Shown: positions 45,403-55,504 of the stretch, one piece after another
Layout: every line of letters starts with the position of its first letter
How positions within the stretch are numbered: position 1 is the first letter of the stretch
Source: Spirochaetia bacterium
GTDB taxonomy: Bacteria > Spirochaetota > Spirochaetia > CADAEX01
NCBI GenBank assembly: GCA_963662795.1
Contig: OY759746.1
Location: 3,040,001-3,104,000 of the forward strand
Direction: 5' to 3'
DNA length: 64,000 nucleotides
Made by a program: the position numbers and the translations under genes
Notes under the pieces: generated by a model
What the model was told of the DNA's origin: nothing
Database searches by the model: none
What the model saw: the letters and a program-made list of their open reading frames with translations, nothing else

Positions 45403-45735
45403 ATGGAGTATTTGAAATTTGATCAGGTGTCAGGCCATAAACTGGCATTAAAGCAGACTGACCCAAGGCATTTTGCAGGTGCCGGCACACCCTCCGGCAA
45501 GACTGAAAAAGCGGATCAGACATTTGAAAACATGATGTTTGAGGCTTTAAACGGAGTAAATAAACTGCAGCAGGAAAGTGATAATCTTAATGTGCAGATG
45601 ATAACAGATCCTGACAGTATTGATGCCCACGATGTGACAATAGCAATGGCAAAAGCAAATACATCTCTTGCTCTTACAAAAGCGGTTATTGACAGGGGAA
45701 TCAAGGCTTACAAGGAGATATTAAGCATCAGGTAA
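45403..45735 (+). CDS. fliE: Hook-basal body protein FliE
   Basis: HDVTIAMAKA, AYKEI. Confidence 0.92.
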   Translation: MEYLKFDQVSGHKLALKQTDPRHFAGAGTPSGKTEKADQTFENMMFEALNGVNKLQQESDNLNVQMITDPDSIDAHDVTIAMAKANTSLALTKAVIDRGIKAYKEILSIR

Positions 45736-45816
45736 AACTGAAAAATGGAATTGGTTGTTGTTTTACAGTTATGATATTATTCAGTTTGTGACTGTTCTTT
45801 TCACTGGGGAGGGGAA

Positions 45817-47526
45817 ATGAAGGAACAATTTAAAAAAATATTGGACCAGACAGCAAATATCTGGAAAAAAATGTCAGCTGTCCAGAAAATTATGTCAGCT
45901 GCGATTGCCGTAGTTGTTATTGCCGCATTTATAATGCTCTCAGTCTATAACAGTTCACCGTCAATGATCAGCGTTCTCACTTCGCCTGTAAAAGATGAAA
46001 ATCTGCTCAACACAATATCGATCCGGATGGACGAAGAAGGGGTAGAGCATACAATTTCAGCTGATGGAATGATATTTGTCAAGGATTTGCGGACAGCGCA
46101 GAGAGTTGTTTCAATTCTGGCCCGGGAGGATCTGATTCCAAAAACAGCTTCCCCCTGGGATGTCTTTAAAATGGACAGGTGGACAGTTACCGATTTTGAG
46201 AGAAACGTAAACTTAAGGCGCGCTATAACCCTTAATCTGCAGGCACATCTCGAATCACTTGAGGATATAGACTCTGCAGATATTTCTCTTGTCCTGCCGG
46301 AAAATGAGCTTTTCGCGGAAGACCAGAAAAAGGTTTCCGCCTCAATTATAATTACACCGCGTCCGGGAAGCGATATCAGGGAAAACAGGAAAAAGATTGA
46401 AGGTATTGTGAAACTTGTTAAATTCGCTGTTGAAGGGCTTGAAGATGATTATATAACAATAACAGACCATCAGGGACATATTCTCAATGATTTTACAGGG
46501 CTTGCGGAATTTGACAGGCTTGAGCTTACAAAAAGAGAGATAAAAATCAAGAGCGATCTTGAAAAAAAGCTTTCGGGTGCCATAAAACTGTCTCTGAGGC
46601 AGATATTCGGCCAGGACAGGGTTGAAATTATAAACCTTGATATTGACCTTGATATGGGAAAGAAAAAGATTGAAACGGAGGAGCATTTTCCCGTTACAAT
46701 GAAGGCTGACAATCCGGGTACTCCTTTTGATGAAACCGAGGTTGTCCCCTCCATTACCATCTCCAAAAATCTGGTCGATGAAAGCTTCCGGGGTACCGGG
46801 TTCAATCCTGAGGGGCCTCCGGGACAGGAAGGACAGACTCCTCCGGCCTATAAAGATCTTGAGGGGATGGTAGGAGAATATAAAAGGAACAACGTAATAC
46901 AGAACGAGGTTGTCAATACCAAAAACATAACCGAGGAAAAAAGCCCATGGGGGATAAAGCGGATAACGGTCGGTGTTGCCATTGACGGAATCTGGCGATG
47001 GGAATATGACGATTCCGGCCTTGTTAAGCTTAACAAGGATGGAAGCATTGTCAGAAACTACGAAAATATAAGCGATGTGGATCTGGCAAAAGCAAAGACG
47101 CTTGTTGAGCATGCCATAGGCTTTAATAAAGTAAGGGGCGATTCTGTTACTGTGCAGTCGCTTCAGTTTGACAGGTCAAAGCAGTTTCAGCTCGAAGACC
47201 AGAAATACAGAAACCGCATGAGAGTAAGGCAGATGATAATCTATTCGATTATCGGAACACTGCTTCTTATAGTATTTTTTATCGTGTTCAGAATTGTTAT
47301 CAAGACCATTGAACGGAAAAGAAAGCTCAGGGAAGAAGAACTTGCCAGACAGCATCAGGCAATGCGTGAGGCCGCGCTCAGAAGTGCTGAGGAAGACGGC
47401 GTAAGTGTCGAGATGTCTGTTGAGGACAGGGCAAGGATTGAGATGCAGGAGAACGCAATCAATATGGCAAGGGAACATCCCGAGGATGTTGCTCAACTGA
47501 TCAGAACCTGGCTGTTGGAGGAATAA
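45817..47526 (+). CDS. fliF: MS-ring protein FliF
   Basis: Two TMs, SASII, RGDSVTV, PEDVAQLIRTWL. Confidence 0.95.
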   Translation: MKEQFKKILDQTANIWKKMSAVQKIMSAAIAVVVIAAFIMLSVYNSSPSMISVLTSPVKDENLLNTISIRMDEEGVEHTISADGMIFVKDLRTAQRVVSILAREDLIPKTASPWDVFKMDRWTVTDFERNVNLRRAITLNLQAHLESLEDIDSADISLVLPENELFAEDQKKVSASIIITPRPGSDIRENRKKIEGIVKLVKFAVEGLEDDYITITDHQGHILNDFTGLAEFDRLELTKREIKIKSDLEKKLSGAIKLSLRQIFGQDRVEIINLDIDLDMGKKKIETEEHFPVTMKADNPGTPFDETEVVPSITISKNLVDESFRGTGFNPEGPPGQEGQTPPAYKDLEGMVGEYKRNNVIQNEVVNTKNITEEKSPWGIKRITVGVAIDGIWRWEYDDSGLVKLNKDGSIVRNYENISDVDLAKAKTLVEHAIGFNKVRGDSVTVQSLQFDRSKQFQLEDQKYRNRMRVRQMIIYSIIGTLLLIVFFIVFRIVIKTIERKRKLREEELARQHQAMREAALRSAEEDGVSVEMSVEDRARIEMQENAINMAREHPEDVAQLIRTWLLEE

Positions 47527-47529
47527 GTT

Positions 47530-48579
47530 ATGGGAAAAGTACCGTCAAATAACCCCCCCTCAAAAAAGGGAGGAGTGAGGAAAGATCTTACCGGCAGGCA
47601 GAAAGCTGCGATATTTCTTGTAACTATAGGGTCCGAGATTTCATCTGATATCTTCAAACACCTCAGGGAAGATGAGATAGAATCCCTTACCTTTGAAATA
47701 GCCCGTCTTGAAAGTATAGAATCCGAAGACAAGGAACGGGTACTCATTGAGTTCAAGGAACTCATGATGGCCCAGGATTTTATCACAAGCGGCGGTATAG
47801 ATTACGCGCGAGAGCTGCTTGAGAAATCACTTGGAAGCCAGAAAGCAATCGATATTATAAACAGGCTCACAAGTTCGCTCCAGATCAGACCGTTTGATTT
47901 TATCAGAAGGACAGATCCTACGCACCTCTTAAACTTTATACAGCAGGAGCATCCTCAGACAATAGCGCTTATTCTTGCTTATCTTGAGCCTGAGAAAGCG
48001 TCCATTATCCTTTCAAGCCTGCCGCATGAGACACAGTCTGATGTTGCACGCCGTATTGCGACAATGGACAGGACATCGCCTGAAACGCTGCGTGAGGTTG
48101 AAAGAGTGCTTGAGAAGAAACTTTCTACCCTTTCCAGTGAGGATTATACATCCGCCGGCGGTGTTGAAAGCATTGTAGAGATATTAAACAGGGTAGACAG
48201 GTCGACAGAGAAAACAATTATCGAATCGCTTGAAGAGGAAGATCCTGAACTTGCGGAAGAAATCAAGAAGAGAATGTTTGTATTTGAAGACATTGTTCTC
48301 CTTGATGACAGGGCCATTCAGAAAGTACTCAGGGAAGTTGACCAGCAGGAACTTGGTAAAGCGCTCAAAGCTGTCGATAATGAAGTACAGGATAAGATTT
48401 TCAAAAACATGTCCAAAAGGGCAGCCAACACCCTTAAGGAAGATATGGAATTTATGGGCCCGATACGGCTTAAAGATGTTGAGGAAGCGCAACAGAAGAT
48501 TGTGTCTGTTATCAGAAAACTTGAAGAACAGGGTGAAATCGTTGTTGCGAGATCCGGTGAGGATGAAATGGTTGTATAA
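47530..48579 (+). CDS. fliG: Motor switch protein FliG
   Basis: KAAIFL, GGIDY, EHPQ, MFVFED. Confidence 0.98.
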   Translation: MGKVPSNNPPSKKGGVRKDLTGRQKAAIFLVTIGSEISSDIFKHLREDEIESLTFEIARLESIESEDKERVLIEFKELMMAQDFITSGGIDYARELLEKSLGSQKAIDIINRLTSSLQIRPFDFIRRTDPTHLLNFIQQEHPQTIALILAYLEPEKASIILSSLPHETQSDVARRIATMDRTSPETLREVERVLEKKLSTLSSEDYTSAGGVESIVEILNRVDRSTEKTIIESLEEEDPELAEEIKKRMFVFEDIVLLDDRAIQKVLREVDQQELGKALKAVDNEVQDKIFKNMSKRAANTLKEDMEFMGPIRLKDVEEAQQKIVSVIRKLEEQGEIVVARSGEDEMVV

Positions 48580-48635
48580 CCATTTCAATTGGTTGTATAG
48601 GGCATCAGATATACCCGAAAGGCAGGAGGTGTTGA

Positions 48636-49559
48636 TTGGCAAGAAATGTTTTTCGTTCAGTTGAAATAGTAAATCTCAATAATACGGTATACCTTGATCC
48701 GGTTGAAGAGGAAGTTGAAGAAATAGATGAAGAGCCGGTACTGGAAGAGTATACCGGCCCCACTGCCGATGATTTAAGACGTGAAGCTGAAGCGTTCAAG
48801 GCAGGCTGGGAAAAGGAAAAAACTTCAATGATCGACAGCGCGAAAAAAGAGGCTGACAGAATTATTGAAGAGGCCAGACAGAGCGCATTTGACGAGATTA
48901 AAAAGGGGAAAAATGAATCCCAGAAAATAAGACAGGAAGCTGAAGATGAAGCAGGTGTTACTTTAAAAAACGCGCTGGATAAACAGGATGCCATGATAAA
49001 GGAAGCTGAGGACAAGGTTGACCTTATAGAAAAAAATGCACTTGAGCGCGGCTACAAGGAAGGAAGCGAAAAAGGGTATGAATCCGGCAGGGAAGAGGTG
49101 GAACGCCTTATCCAGAAGGTTCATTCCGTCCTGAGCACTGCTATCGAAAAAAGAAACCACATTATCGAAGAATCTGAAACCCAGCTCATAAACCTTGTTC
49201 TTCTTATATCGCAGAAAGTAATCAAGGTTATATCTGAAAATCAGAAAAATGTAGTAATCAATAACGTTATTCAGGCTCTGCGCAAACTCAAAACGAGGGG
49301 CGAGGTTGTCGTCAGGGTAAATCTTGAAGATGTAAAACTTACGACAGAGCATATAAAGGATTTCATGAGAATGGTTGACAATATAAGGTCCATAACCGTA
49401 CTCGAAGATTCTACCGTTGACAGGGGCGGCTGTATTATTGAAACAGATTTTGGCGAAATTGATGCAAGAATATCATCCCAGCTTAATGAGATAAGGGAAA
49501 AGATTCTTGATCTTGCGCCGATTAAATCAAAAACAGAGGTGACTGAGGATTTTATCTAA
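48636..49559 (+). CDS. fliH: Flagellar assembly protein FliH (TTG start)
   Basis: GxxxG repeats, GGCIIETDFG.IDA; SD AGGAGG. Confidence 0.93.
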   Translation: MARNVFRSVEIVNLNNTVYLDPVEEEVEEIDEEPVLEEYTGPTADDLRREAEAFKAGWEKEKTSMIDSAKKEADRIIEEARQSAFDEIKKGKNESQKIRQEAEDEAGVTLKNALDKQDAMIKEAEDKVDLIEKNALERGYKEGSEKGYESGREEVERLIQKVHSVLSTAIEKRNHIIEESETQLINLVLLISQKVIKVISENQKNVVINNVIQALRKLKTRGEVVVRVNLEDVKLTTEHIKDFMRMVDNIRSITVLEDSTVDRGGCIIETDFGEIDARISSQLNEIREKILDLAPIKSKTEVTEDFI

Positions 49560-49612
49560 AGGCATCTGCTGTAAAATTTTATTGACTTTTAAAAAAGTGC
49601 CGGGGGAGGGGA

Positions 49613-50938
49613 ATGAGCACTGTTTTTGAGAAATACCATAGTCTTCTTGACAAAACTGATCCCATAAAATTTACAGGACGTGTTGTAAAGGTACAGGGTC
49701 TCCTGATTGAAAGCCACGGGCCCAGGGCGGTTCTTGGAGAGTTGTGCTACATTATAATGAATAACACAAATATTCCGGTATGGGCAGAAGTTGTTTCTCT
49801 GAGGCAGGATACAATCCAGCTTATGGCCTACGATTCTTTTGAAGGGATTGAAATCGGCAATCCGGTAGTTGCTACAGGGCGGAGTCTTGAAGTCCCTGTC
49901 TCACCGGGAATGCTGGGGAGGGTCCTTGACGGAATGGGGCGCCCGTGCGATGACCGTGGAAATATCAGATCCGCGTCGCGGATACCGGTTTTTAATTCAC
50001 CTCCGGATTTGCTTAAACGAAAACCGATAACAGATCAGATTCAGACCGGTGTAAGGGCAATAGATTCACTGCTGGCTGTAGGGAAAGGACAGAGAATCGG
50101 AATATTCTCAGGAGCAGGAGTAGGTAAATCAACACTGCTTGGTATGATTGCCAGAAACACTAACGCGGATATAAATGTAATAGCGCTTGTCGGGGAAAGA
50201 GGGCGGGAAGTCACAGAGTTTATCGAAAACGAACTTGGCCCCGAGGGAATGAAAAGGTCTGTTATTGTAGTTTCCTCATCCAATACGCCTCCGATTTCAA
50301 GAATCAGGGGAGCATATACAGCGACAGCAGTTGCCGAGTATTTCAGGGAGAGGGGCAAGGATGTAATGCTTTTCTTTGATTCGCTTACAAGGTTTGCAAG
50401 GGCGCAGAGGGAAGTAGGTCTTGCCATAGGCGAACCGCCGGCGACAAGAGGCTACACACCGTCAGTCTTTACAGAGATGCCGAAGCTTCTTGAACGCTGC
50501 GCCAATTCATCAAAAGGAACCATGACTGGATTTTACACTGTTCTTGTTGAAGGAGATGACCTTGATGAACCGGTTGCCGATAATGCTGAAGGATTTCTTG
50601 ACGGGCATATAATTTTAAGCCGGAAAATGGCTGAAGCCAATCACTATCCTGCCATTGATGTTCTTAAATCAATTTCAAGGATTGCGGGTAAAATTCTTCC
50701 GGAAGATATCAGGACTTCAGCAGGATATTTAAAAAACAGGATGGCTGTCTATAATGAAGCTGAAGATCTGATAAATGTAGGTGCCTATGTCAAAGGATCG
50801 AATCCCGATATTGATGAGTCGATAAAAAAACTTCCTGATATAAGGAAATTCCTTATACAGCCTGTTGAAGAAAAAGCGGCACTTGAGGAAAGTTTTTCCG
50901 CGCTGACAAAAATAACCGGAATAAAGGGTAAGGAGTAA
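49613..50938 (+). CDS. fliI: Flagellar export ATPase FliI (arginine finger replaced)
   Basis: GAGVGKST, GERGRE, DSLTRFA, LDGHIILSR, YPAID. Confidence 0.96.
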   Translation: MSTVFEKYHSLLDKTDPIKFTGRVVKVQGLLIESHGPRAVLGELCYIIMNNTNIPVWAEVVSLRQDTIQLMAYDSFEGIEIGNPVVATGRSLEVPVSPGMLGRVLDGMGRPCDDRGNIRSASRIPVFNSPPDLLKRKPITDQIQTGVRAIDSLLAVGKGQRIGIFSGAGVGKSTLLGMIARNTNADINVIALVGERGREVTEFIENELGPEGMKRSVIVVSSSNTPPISRIRGAYTATAVAEYFRERGKDVMLFFDSLTRFARAQREVGLAIGEPPATRGYTPSVFTEMPKLLERCANSSKGTMTGFYTVLVEGDDLDEPVADNAEGFLDGHIILSRKMAEANHYPAIDVLKSISRIAGKILPEDIRTSAGYLKNRMAVYNEAEDLINVGAYVKGSNPDIDESIKKLPDIRKFLIQPVEEKAALEESFSALTKITGIKGKE

Positions 50939-50944
50939 GGGCAG

Positions 50945-51403
50945 ATGAAACAATTCAGCTTTAAACTTGAAAAACTTCTGGAAATGAAAAAATACGCGGA
51001 AAAAGAGAAGTCTCTTGAGCTTGCGGAAGTTACCGGCAGATATATCAATATTGCCGGTGCTATTGAAGAGATGAAAATAAGAAAGAAGCGTATTTTAACT
51101 TCGCGGTTTGAATATGCCGATAATAATGCATCATCTCTTTTATTTGATGAATTACAGATAACTGCGATAAAAAATAAGATTTTAAAACTTGAAAAGGATC
51201 TTGAATCTGTAGTTTCCGAACAGGAGCTGGTCAGAGAAAAATATATTAATGCCCTCAGGGAAAAAAAAGTACTGGAAAAACTTAAAGATAAAAAAACTGA
51301 AGAACATAAAAAGGATGAAGCTGCAGCGGAATCCAGAACCATAGATGATCTTGTAATTACAAACTTTGCATCAGGCAGAGGGGAGGTTAAACAATGGGAT
51401 TAA
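50945..51403 (+). CDS. fliJ: Flagellar export protein FliJ
   Basis: FSFKLEKLL, KVLEKLK; follows fliI. Confidence 0.88.
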   Translation: MKQFSFKLEKLLEMKKYAEKEKSLELAEVTGRYINIAGAIEEMKIRKKRILTSRFEYADNNASSLLFDELQITAIKNKILKLEKDLESVVSEQELVREKYINALREKKVLEKLKDKKTEEHKKDEAAAESRTIDDLVITNFASGRGEVKQWD

Positions 51404-52038
51404 CCGGCGGCGCGGGAGCGGGATTGCGGATTTTTGTTTTGATACTCTTGATTGTTGTTCTTTTCCTGGGCGGTGTAATCTGGTTTGATTACCTGGGGCT
51501 TATTAATGCCAGGGAACAGCTTTCATTGATATTCGGTTTGATAAACAAGGAAAAGGTAGTAACGATTGATGATAAAGATGATGTTTTTCTTCTTGAAAAG
51601 GAAAGATACAGCAAAATGAAGGAATCCCTTGATATACGGGAGGAAGAACTCAACAAAAGGGAACAGGAACTTGAAAAACTATCGGTTGAGATCAAGCAGA
51701 AGGTCGAAATGCTTGATGAAATGGAAATTGCGCTTGCAGAGAGAGAAAAATCATTTAACGTGCGGACAAGATTGTACGAAAATAAGATAGAGAACCTTGA
51801 ACAGTCTTCGAAATATCTTGTAGGTATGCCGCCTCTCAAGGCAAAGGACATCCTTCTTGAAATGAATGATCAGGATGTTATCGACATAATGCGGGTAACA
51901 GAGAGGATTGCGCAGGAAACAGGAGAGGGTTCTCTGGTTTCGTATTGGCTTTCGCTTATGCCTGCAGAACGGTCTGCTGCCATACAGAGAAAAATGGCAT
52001 TAAAACCTGTTGAACCAGGAACAGAAGCGCCTAATTAA
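51394..52038 (+). CDS. flbB: Periplasmic flagellar collar protein FlbB
   Basis: WFDYLG, coiled coil, GMPP, SLVSYWLSLMP. Confidence 0.88.
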   Translation: MGLTGGAGAGLRIFVLILLIVVLFLGGVIWFDYLGLINAREQLSLIFGLINKEKVVTIDDKDDVFLLEKERYSKMKESLDIREEELNKREQELEKLSVEIKQKVEMLDEMEIALAEREKSFNVRTRLYENKIENLEQSSKYLVGMPPLKAKDILLEMNDQDVIDIMRVTERIAQETGEGSLVSYWLSLMPAERSAAIQRKMALKPVEPGTEAPN

Positions 52039-52048
52039 GGAGTAATAC

Positions 52049-53422
52049 TTGTTATCAGAAATTGCTGTAAAATATGAACCTGCTTTCGCAGATCAGTTTA
52101 TACAGTTCCCGGTTAAAAACAAATCCCAGGATAATTCTGCATTTGAAAAATTGTTTGCTGAAAAGGAAGCTGCTGCAGATCAAAACAGAAAAACAGATTC
52201 AAGGAAAAATAATGATAAGATTTCAAGTGGAGAAAATGATTTAAATAAAGATAAAAAAAACGGCGTCTCAGGCGAAACAGGAAAAGAAGGAAAAACCGGG
52301 GCAGCGGCAAAAGAAATAAAAGCTGCAGACGGAGATTCCGGAAAAACATCTGATGCAAAAGCGGCTGAAATAAAAAACACTGAAAAAAAACCTGTAAAAA
52401 AAACCGGGGATAAAGAAAATCAGAAAGTAACAGAAAAAAACACCGCTGGAACTGATGCTGCCTTGGGCGGCAATGCTTCAGTCAGCAATACCGCAGCCGG
52501 AATTGCCGGAAGTCTTGTCCCTCAGAATTCCATAAACAACAGTAAAGACGTTTTAAGTGAAAATACCGGAAACGATGGACAAAAGTCTGAAGGTACAGCG
52601 GCTTCAATAACGGAAATATCTAAAAAGATTTACGGGAAAGCAGAGCTTCTCTCGTCTTTGGGGATTAAACCTGAAAGCACTACAGAAATGATTGCGCGTA
52701 ACATTAAGGGTAAATCAGCAGCAAAGGAAGAGAAATCCGAAGGTAAAAATTCCAGGATCAATAAAAAAGAAAAGAAAGAACTATTTGATGTACTTGATCT
52801 CAGGAAGGGAGTAAAGGAAAAAACAGCTGCAGAAAAAAGCGAAGCAGGTATTCAGAAAGAAGATAACGGCTTTGATAAAAAGTTTTCGAATAACAGCGAC
52901 AGCAGCATAAGGAATCTTCAGGATGGATCAATAAAGGATTTATCACAGTCTGCGGTAAAAATGAATGAGGGCTTTTCAGCCGCAAAAGGGGCGCCTTCCT
53001 TTCAGAATCAGCTGCTTGAAAGCCTTAGGGAATCCGGAAATACAGATATTGTAAAAAACGCAAAACTTATTCTCAAAGACAATAATTCCGGAGAAATTAA
53101 ACTGCTGATGAAACCGGAGCATCTCGGATATGTGAGAATTAAACTTACTGTTGAAGATAACAATATAGCAGGGAAGATAATTGTCGATAATATTAATGTA
53201 AAGGAATTGTTTGAAAGCAATATCGATAATCTGATAAAGAGCTTCAAGGACAGCGGCTACTCATCAGCAATGCTTGATGTTTCAGTAGGCGGTGGAAATG
53301 AAGGAAAAACTCCTTCGGAAAATGACAGGGCGCTGGCCAGGAAAGAGTTTGAAAAAATTGAGGAACATACGGTAAGACGGCCGGGGATTCCTGAAGAAAG
53401 ACTGATAGATATGGTTGTCTGA
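52049..53422 (+). CDS. fliK: Hook-length control protein FliK
   Basis: Low-complexity N-terminus; GEIKL.MKPEHLG.V C-terminal domain. Confidence 0.88.
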   Translation: MLSEIAVKYEPAFADQFIQFPVKNKSQDNSAFEKLFAEKEAAADQNRKTDSRKNNDKISSGENDLNKDKKNGVSGETGKEGKTGAAAKEIKAADGDSGKTSDAKAAEIKNTEKKPVKKTGDKENQKVTEKNTAGTDAALGGNASVSNTAAGIAGSLVPQNSINNSKDVLSENTGNDGQKSEGTAASITEISKKIYGKAELLSSLGIKPESTTEMIARNIKGKSAAKEEKSEGKNSRINKKEKKELFDVLDLRKGVKEKTAAEKSEAGIQKEDNGFDKKFSNNSDSSIRNLQDGSIKDLSQSAVKMNEGFSAAKGAPSFQNQLLESLRESGNTDIVKNAKLILKDNNSGEIKLLMKPEHLGYVRIKLTVEDNNIAGKIIVDNINVKELFESNIDNLIKSFKDSGYSSAMLDVSVGGGNEGKTPSENDRALARKEFEKIEEHTVRRPGIPEERLIDMVV

Positions 53423-53435
53423 CCGGGAGGTAAAT

Positions 53436-53867
53436 GTGGATATAAGCAATGTTATGACTGATATTGAAAAAAGCAGAACACAGATGCAGGTTGAGAGTTT
53501 CAATAAAACGCTCGGCTCACAGAGAACATACAAGAGTGAACTTGATAAAGATGATTTTCTTAAAATCCTCCTTACCCAGCTTACTCATCAGGATCCTACC
53601 AAACCAATGGAGGATAAAGAGTTTATAGCCCAGATGGCCCAGTTTTCTTCCCTTGAACAGATGACAAATATGACCAGGGAATTCGGTAAAATGCAGAATA
53701 TTATTGCTGCCAATCAGGCGGTTAATCTTATAGGTAAAAATGTACAGATAACAGATGGAGACCAGGTTGTCTCAGGTATAGTGGAAGAGGTCGCGGGTCA
53801 TGAATATCCGCAGCTTCTTGTAAACGGAAAATATTACGATATGTCTAAGATAGATAAAATCAGGTAG
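53436..53867 (+). CDS. flgD: Hook-capping protein FlgD
   Basis: FLKILLTQL.HQDP..PM, QMAQFSSLEQ. Confidence 0.96.
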   Translation: MDISNVMTDIEKSRTQMQVESFNKTLGSQRTYKSELDKDDFLKILLTQLTHQDPTKPMEDKEFIAQMAQFSSLEQMTNMTREFGKMQNIIAANQAVNLIGKNVQITDGDQVVSGIVEEVAGHEYPQLLVNGKYYDMSKIDKIR

Positions 53868-53878
53868 GGGGCAGTTAT

Positions 53879-55267
53879 ATGATGAGGTCATTATACGCAG
53901 GTGTTGCGGGTTTACAGAATCATCAGGTAAGGATGGATGTAATCGGTAACAATATTGCGAACGTTAATACGATTGGTTTTAAAAAAGGCAGGGTAAACTT
54001 TCAGGATATGCTGTCCCAGACTATGCAGGGCGCAGCCCGGCCGACAGATGAACTTGGAGGCGTGAACCCGAAACAGATAGGCCTGGGAATGACAGTCGCT
54101 GCCATTGATACAATCCATACACAGGGATCGCTTCAGAGCACCGGCGTCTCAACAGACCTTGCGCTGCAGGGAAGCGGATTTTTTATACTCAAAAACGGTG
54201 AAAAAGAATTTTATACAAGGGCCGGGGCATTCGGTATTGATGAGAACGGAACATTTATAAACCCTGCCAACGGAATGAAGGTACAGGGATGGATGGCAGA
54301 AATTATAGACGGAGCAACGTATGTTAACTCTGCGGCAGACCCCGGGGATATTACCATCCCTGTCGGTGGAAAAGATGCTGCGGCAGCTACATCCGAAGTA
54401 ATGCTTGCGTGCAACCTTGACAAGAGGCTTCTTGAAATACCGGAAGGAGCCGGCCCTGCTGAAACAAGGGAAGGCACCTGGAGTATCGATAAGACTATCT
54501 ATGACAGCTTTGGAAACAAGCATACAATGAGCATAGATTTTACAAAGGTAGTAGGAGAGGCCAACAGATGGCAGGGCCAGGTTTTTATAGACCGCGGCGC
54601 TGAAACAGACACGGCCACCACGCTTGATATCGGTGCTGTAAATAACGAAAATAATTTATTTACAGTTGAATTCAGCAACCTCGGCCTTTTGACATCAGTC
54701 GAGGATCAGCAGGGCGATGTTTTAAACGAAGGTAAGCTTCAGTTACCGGTATCATTCAATGTTGCAGATGCCACAGTTCCTGAAGGCGGAGAACCTGTAA
54801 GACAAACTTTCAATCTGACACTCGGAGATGTAGGAAGCGCAGTCAATACTGTGACACAGTTTGCTGAAAAAAGTTCTACAAAGGCATTCAGACAGAATGG
54901 TTATCCAATGGGTTATCTTGAAAATTTCAAAATAGATCAAAGCGGTTTCATAACCGGCGTTTACTCAAACGGAACCAACAGGACTATTGGTCAGATTGCG
55001 CTTGCAAGCTTTGTAAATCCTGGCGGTATGGAAAAAGCCGGGGACAGCACATATGTAAGGACAAATAACTCAGGAGACGCGAATATTGGAACATCAGGAG
55101 TTGCGGGCAAGGGGCAGTTTATTGCAGGAACACTGGAAATGAGCAATGTAGATCTTTCCGAACAGTTTACTGATATGATAGTAACCCAGAGAGGGTTTCA
55201 GGCAAACTCAAAGACAATACAGACAACTGACCAGATGCTTCAGGAATTAATGACGCTTAAGAGGTAA
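53879..55267 (+). CDS. flgE: Flagellar hook protein FlgE
   Basis: NNIANVNT.GFK, YTRAG, LEMSNVDL, QRGFQAN. Confidence 0.97.
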   Translation: MMRSLYAGVAGLQNHQVRMDVIGNNIANVNTIGFKKGRVNFQDMLSQTMQGAARPTDELGGVNPKQIGLGMTVAAIDTIHTQGSLQSTGVSTDLALQGSGFFILKNGEKEFYTRAGAFGIDENGTFINPANGMKVQGWMAEIIDGATYVNSAADPGDITIPVGGKDAAAATSEVMLACNLDKRLLEIPEGAGPAETREGTWSIDKTIYDSFGNKHTMSIDFTKVVGEANRWQGQVFIDRGAETDTATTLDIGAVNNENNLFTVEFSNLGLLTSVEDQQGDVLNEGKLQLPVSFNVADATVPEGGEPVRQTFNLTLGDVGSAVNTVTQFAEKSSTKAFRQNGYPMGYLENFKIDQSGFITGVYSNGTNRTIGQIALASFVNPGGMEKAGDSTYVRTNNSGDANIGTSGVAGKGQFIAGTLEMSNVDLSEQFTDMIVTQRGFQANSKTIQTTDQMLQELMTLKR

Positions 55268-55300
55268 TTAAACAGTAATGAATAGTAAAGGGTTAGGCAT

Positions 55301-55498
55301 GTGATAAAAGTTACGAAACTGAATGGTGATGAATATTATCTGAATCCTCACCAGATTGAATATATCGAGCTTAACCCCGATACAACACTTGTAATGCTTT
55401 CAGGCAAGAGGCTGATAGTCCGCGAGGATTATCAGTCTGTTTTTGACAGGATTATAAAATACAGGCAGCTTATCGGCTGTTTCAGGAACGAGGAGTAA
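55301..55498 (+). CDS. flbD: Flagellar protein FlbD
   Basis: MIKVTKLNG, NPHQIE, PDT. Confidence 0.92.
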   Translation: MIKVTKLNGDEYYLNPHQIEYIELNPDTTLVMLSGKRLIVREDYQSVFDRIIKYRQLIGCFRNEE

Positions 55499-55504
55499 TC
55501 GTTT

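Noticed and set aside
46342-47112. 256-aa antisense ORF within fliF
   Set aside because: Shadow ORF with non-protein-like composition.
52049-53000. Lys/Glu-rich low-complexity stretch
   Set aside because: Expected for the FliK ruler region; no true tandem repeat.
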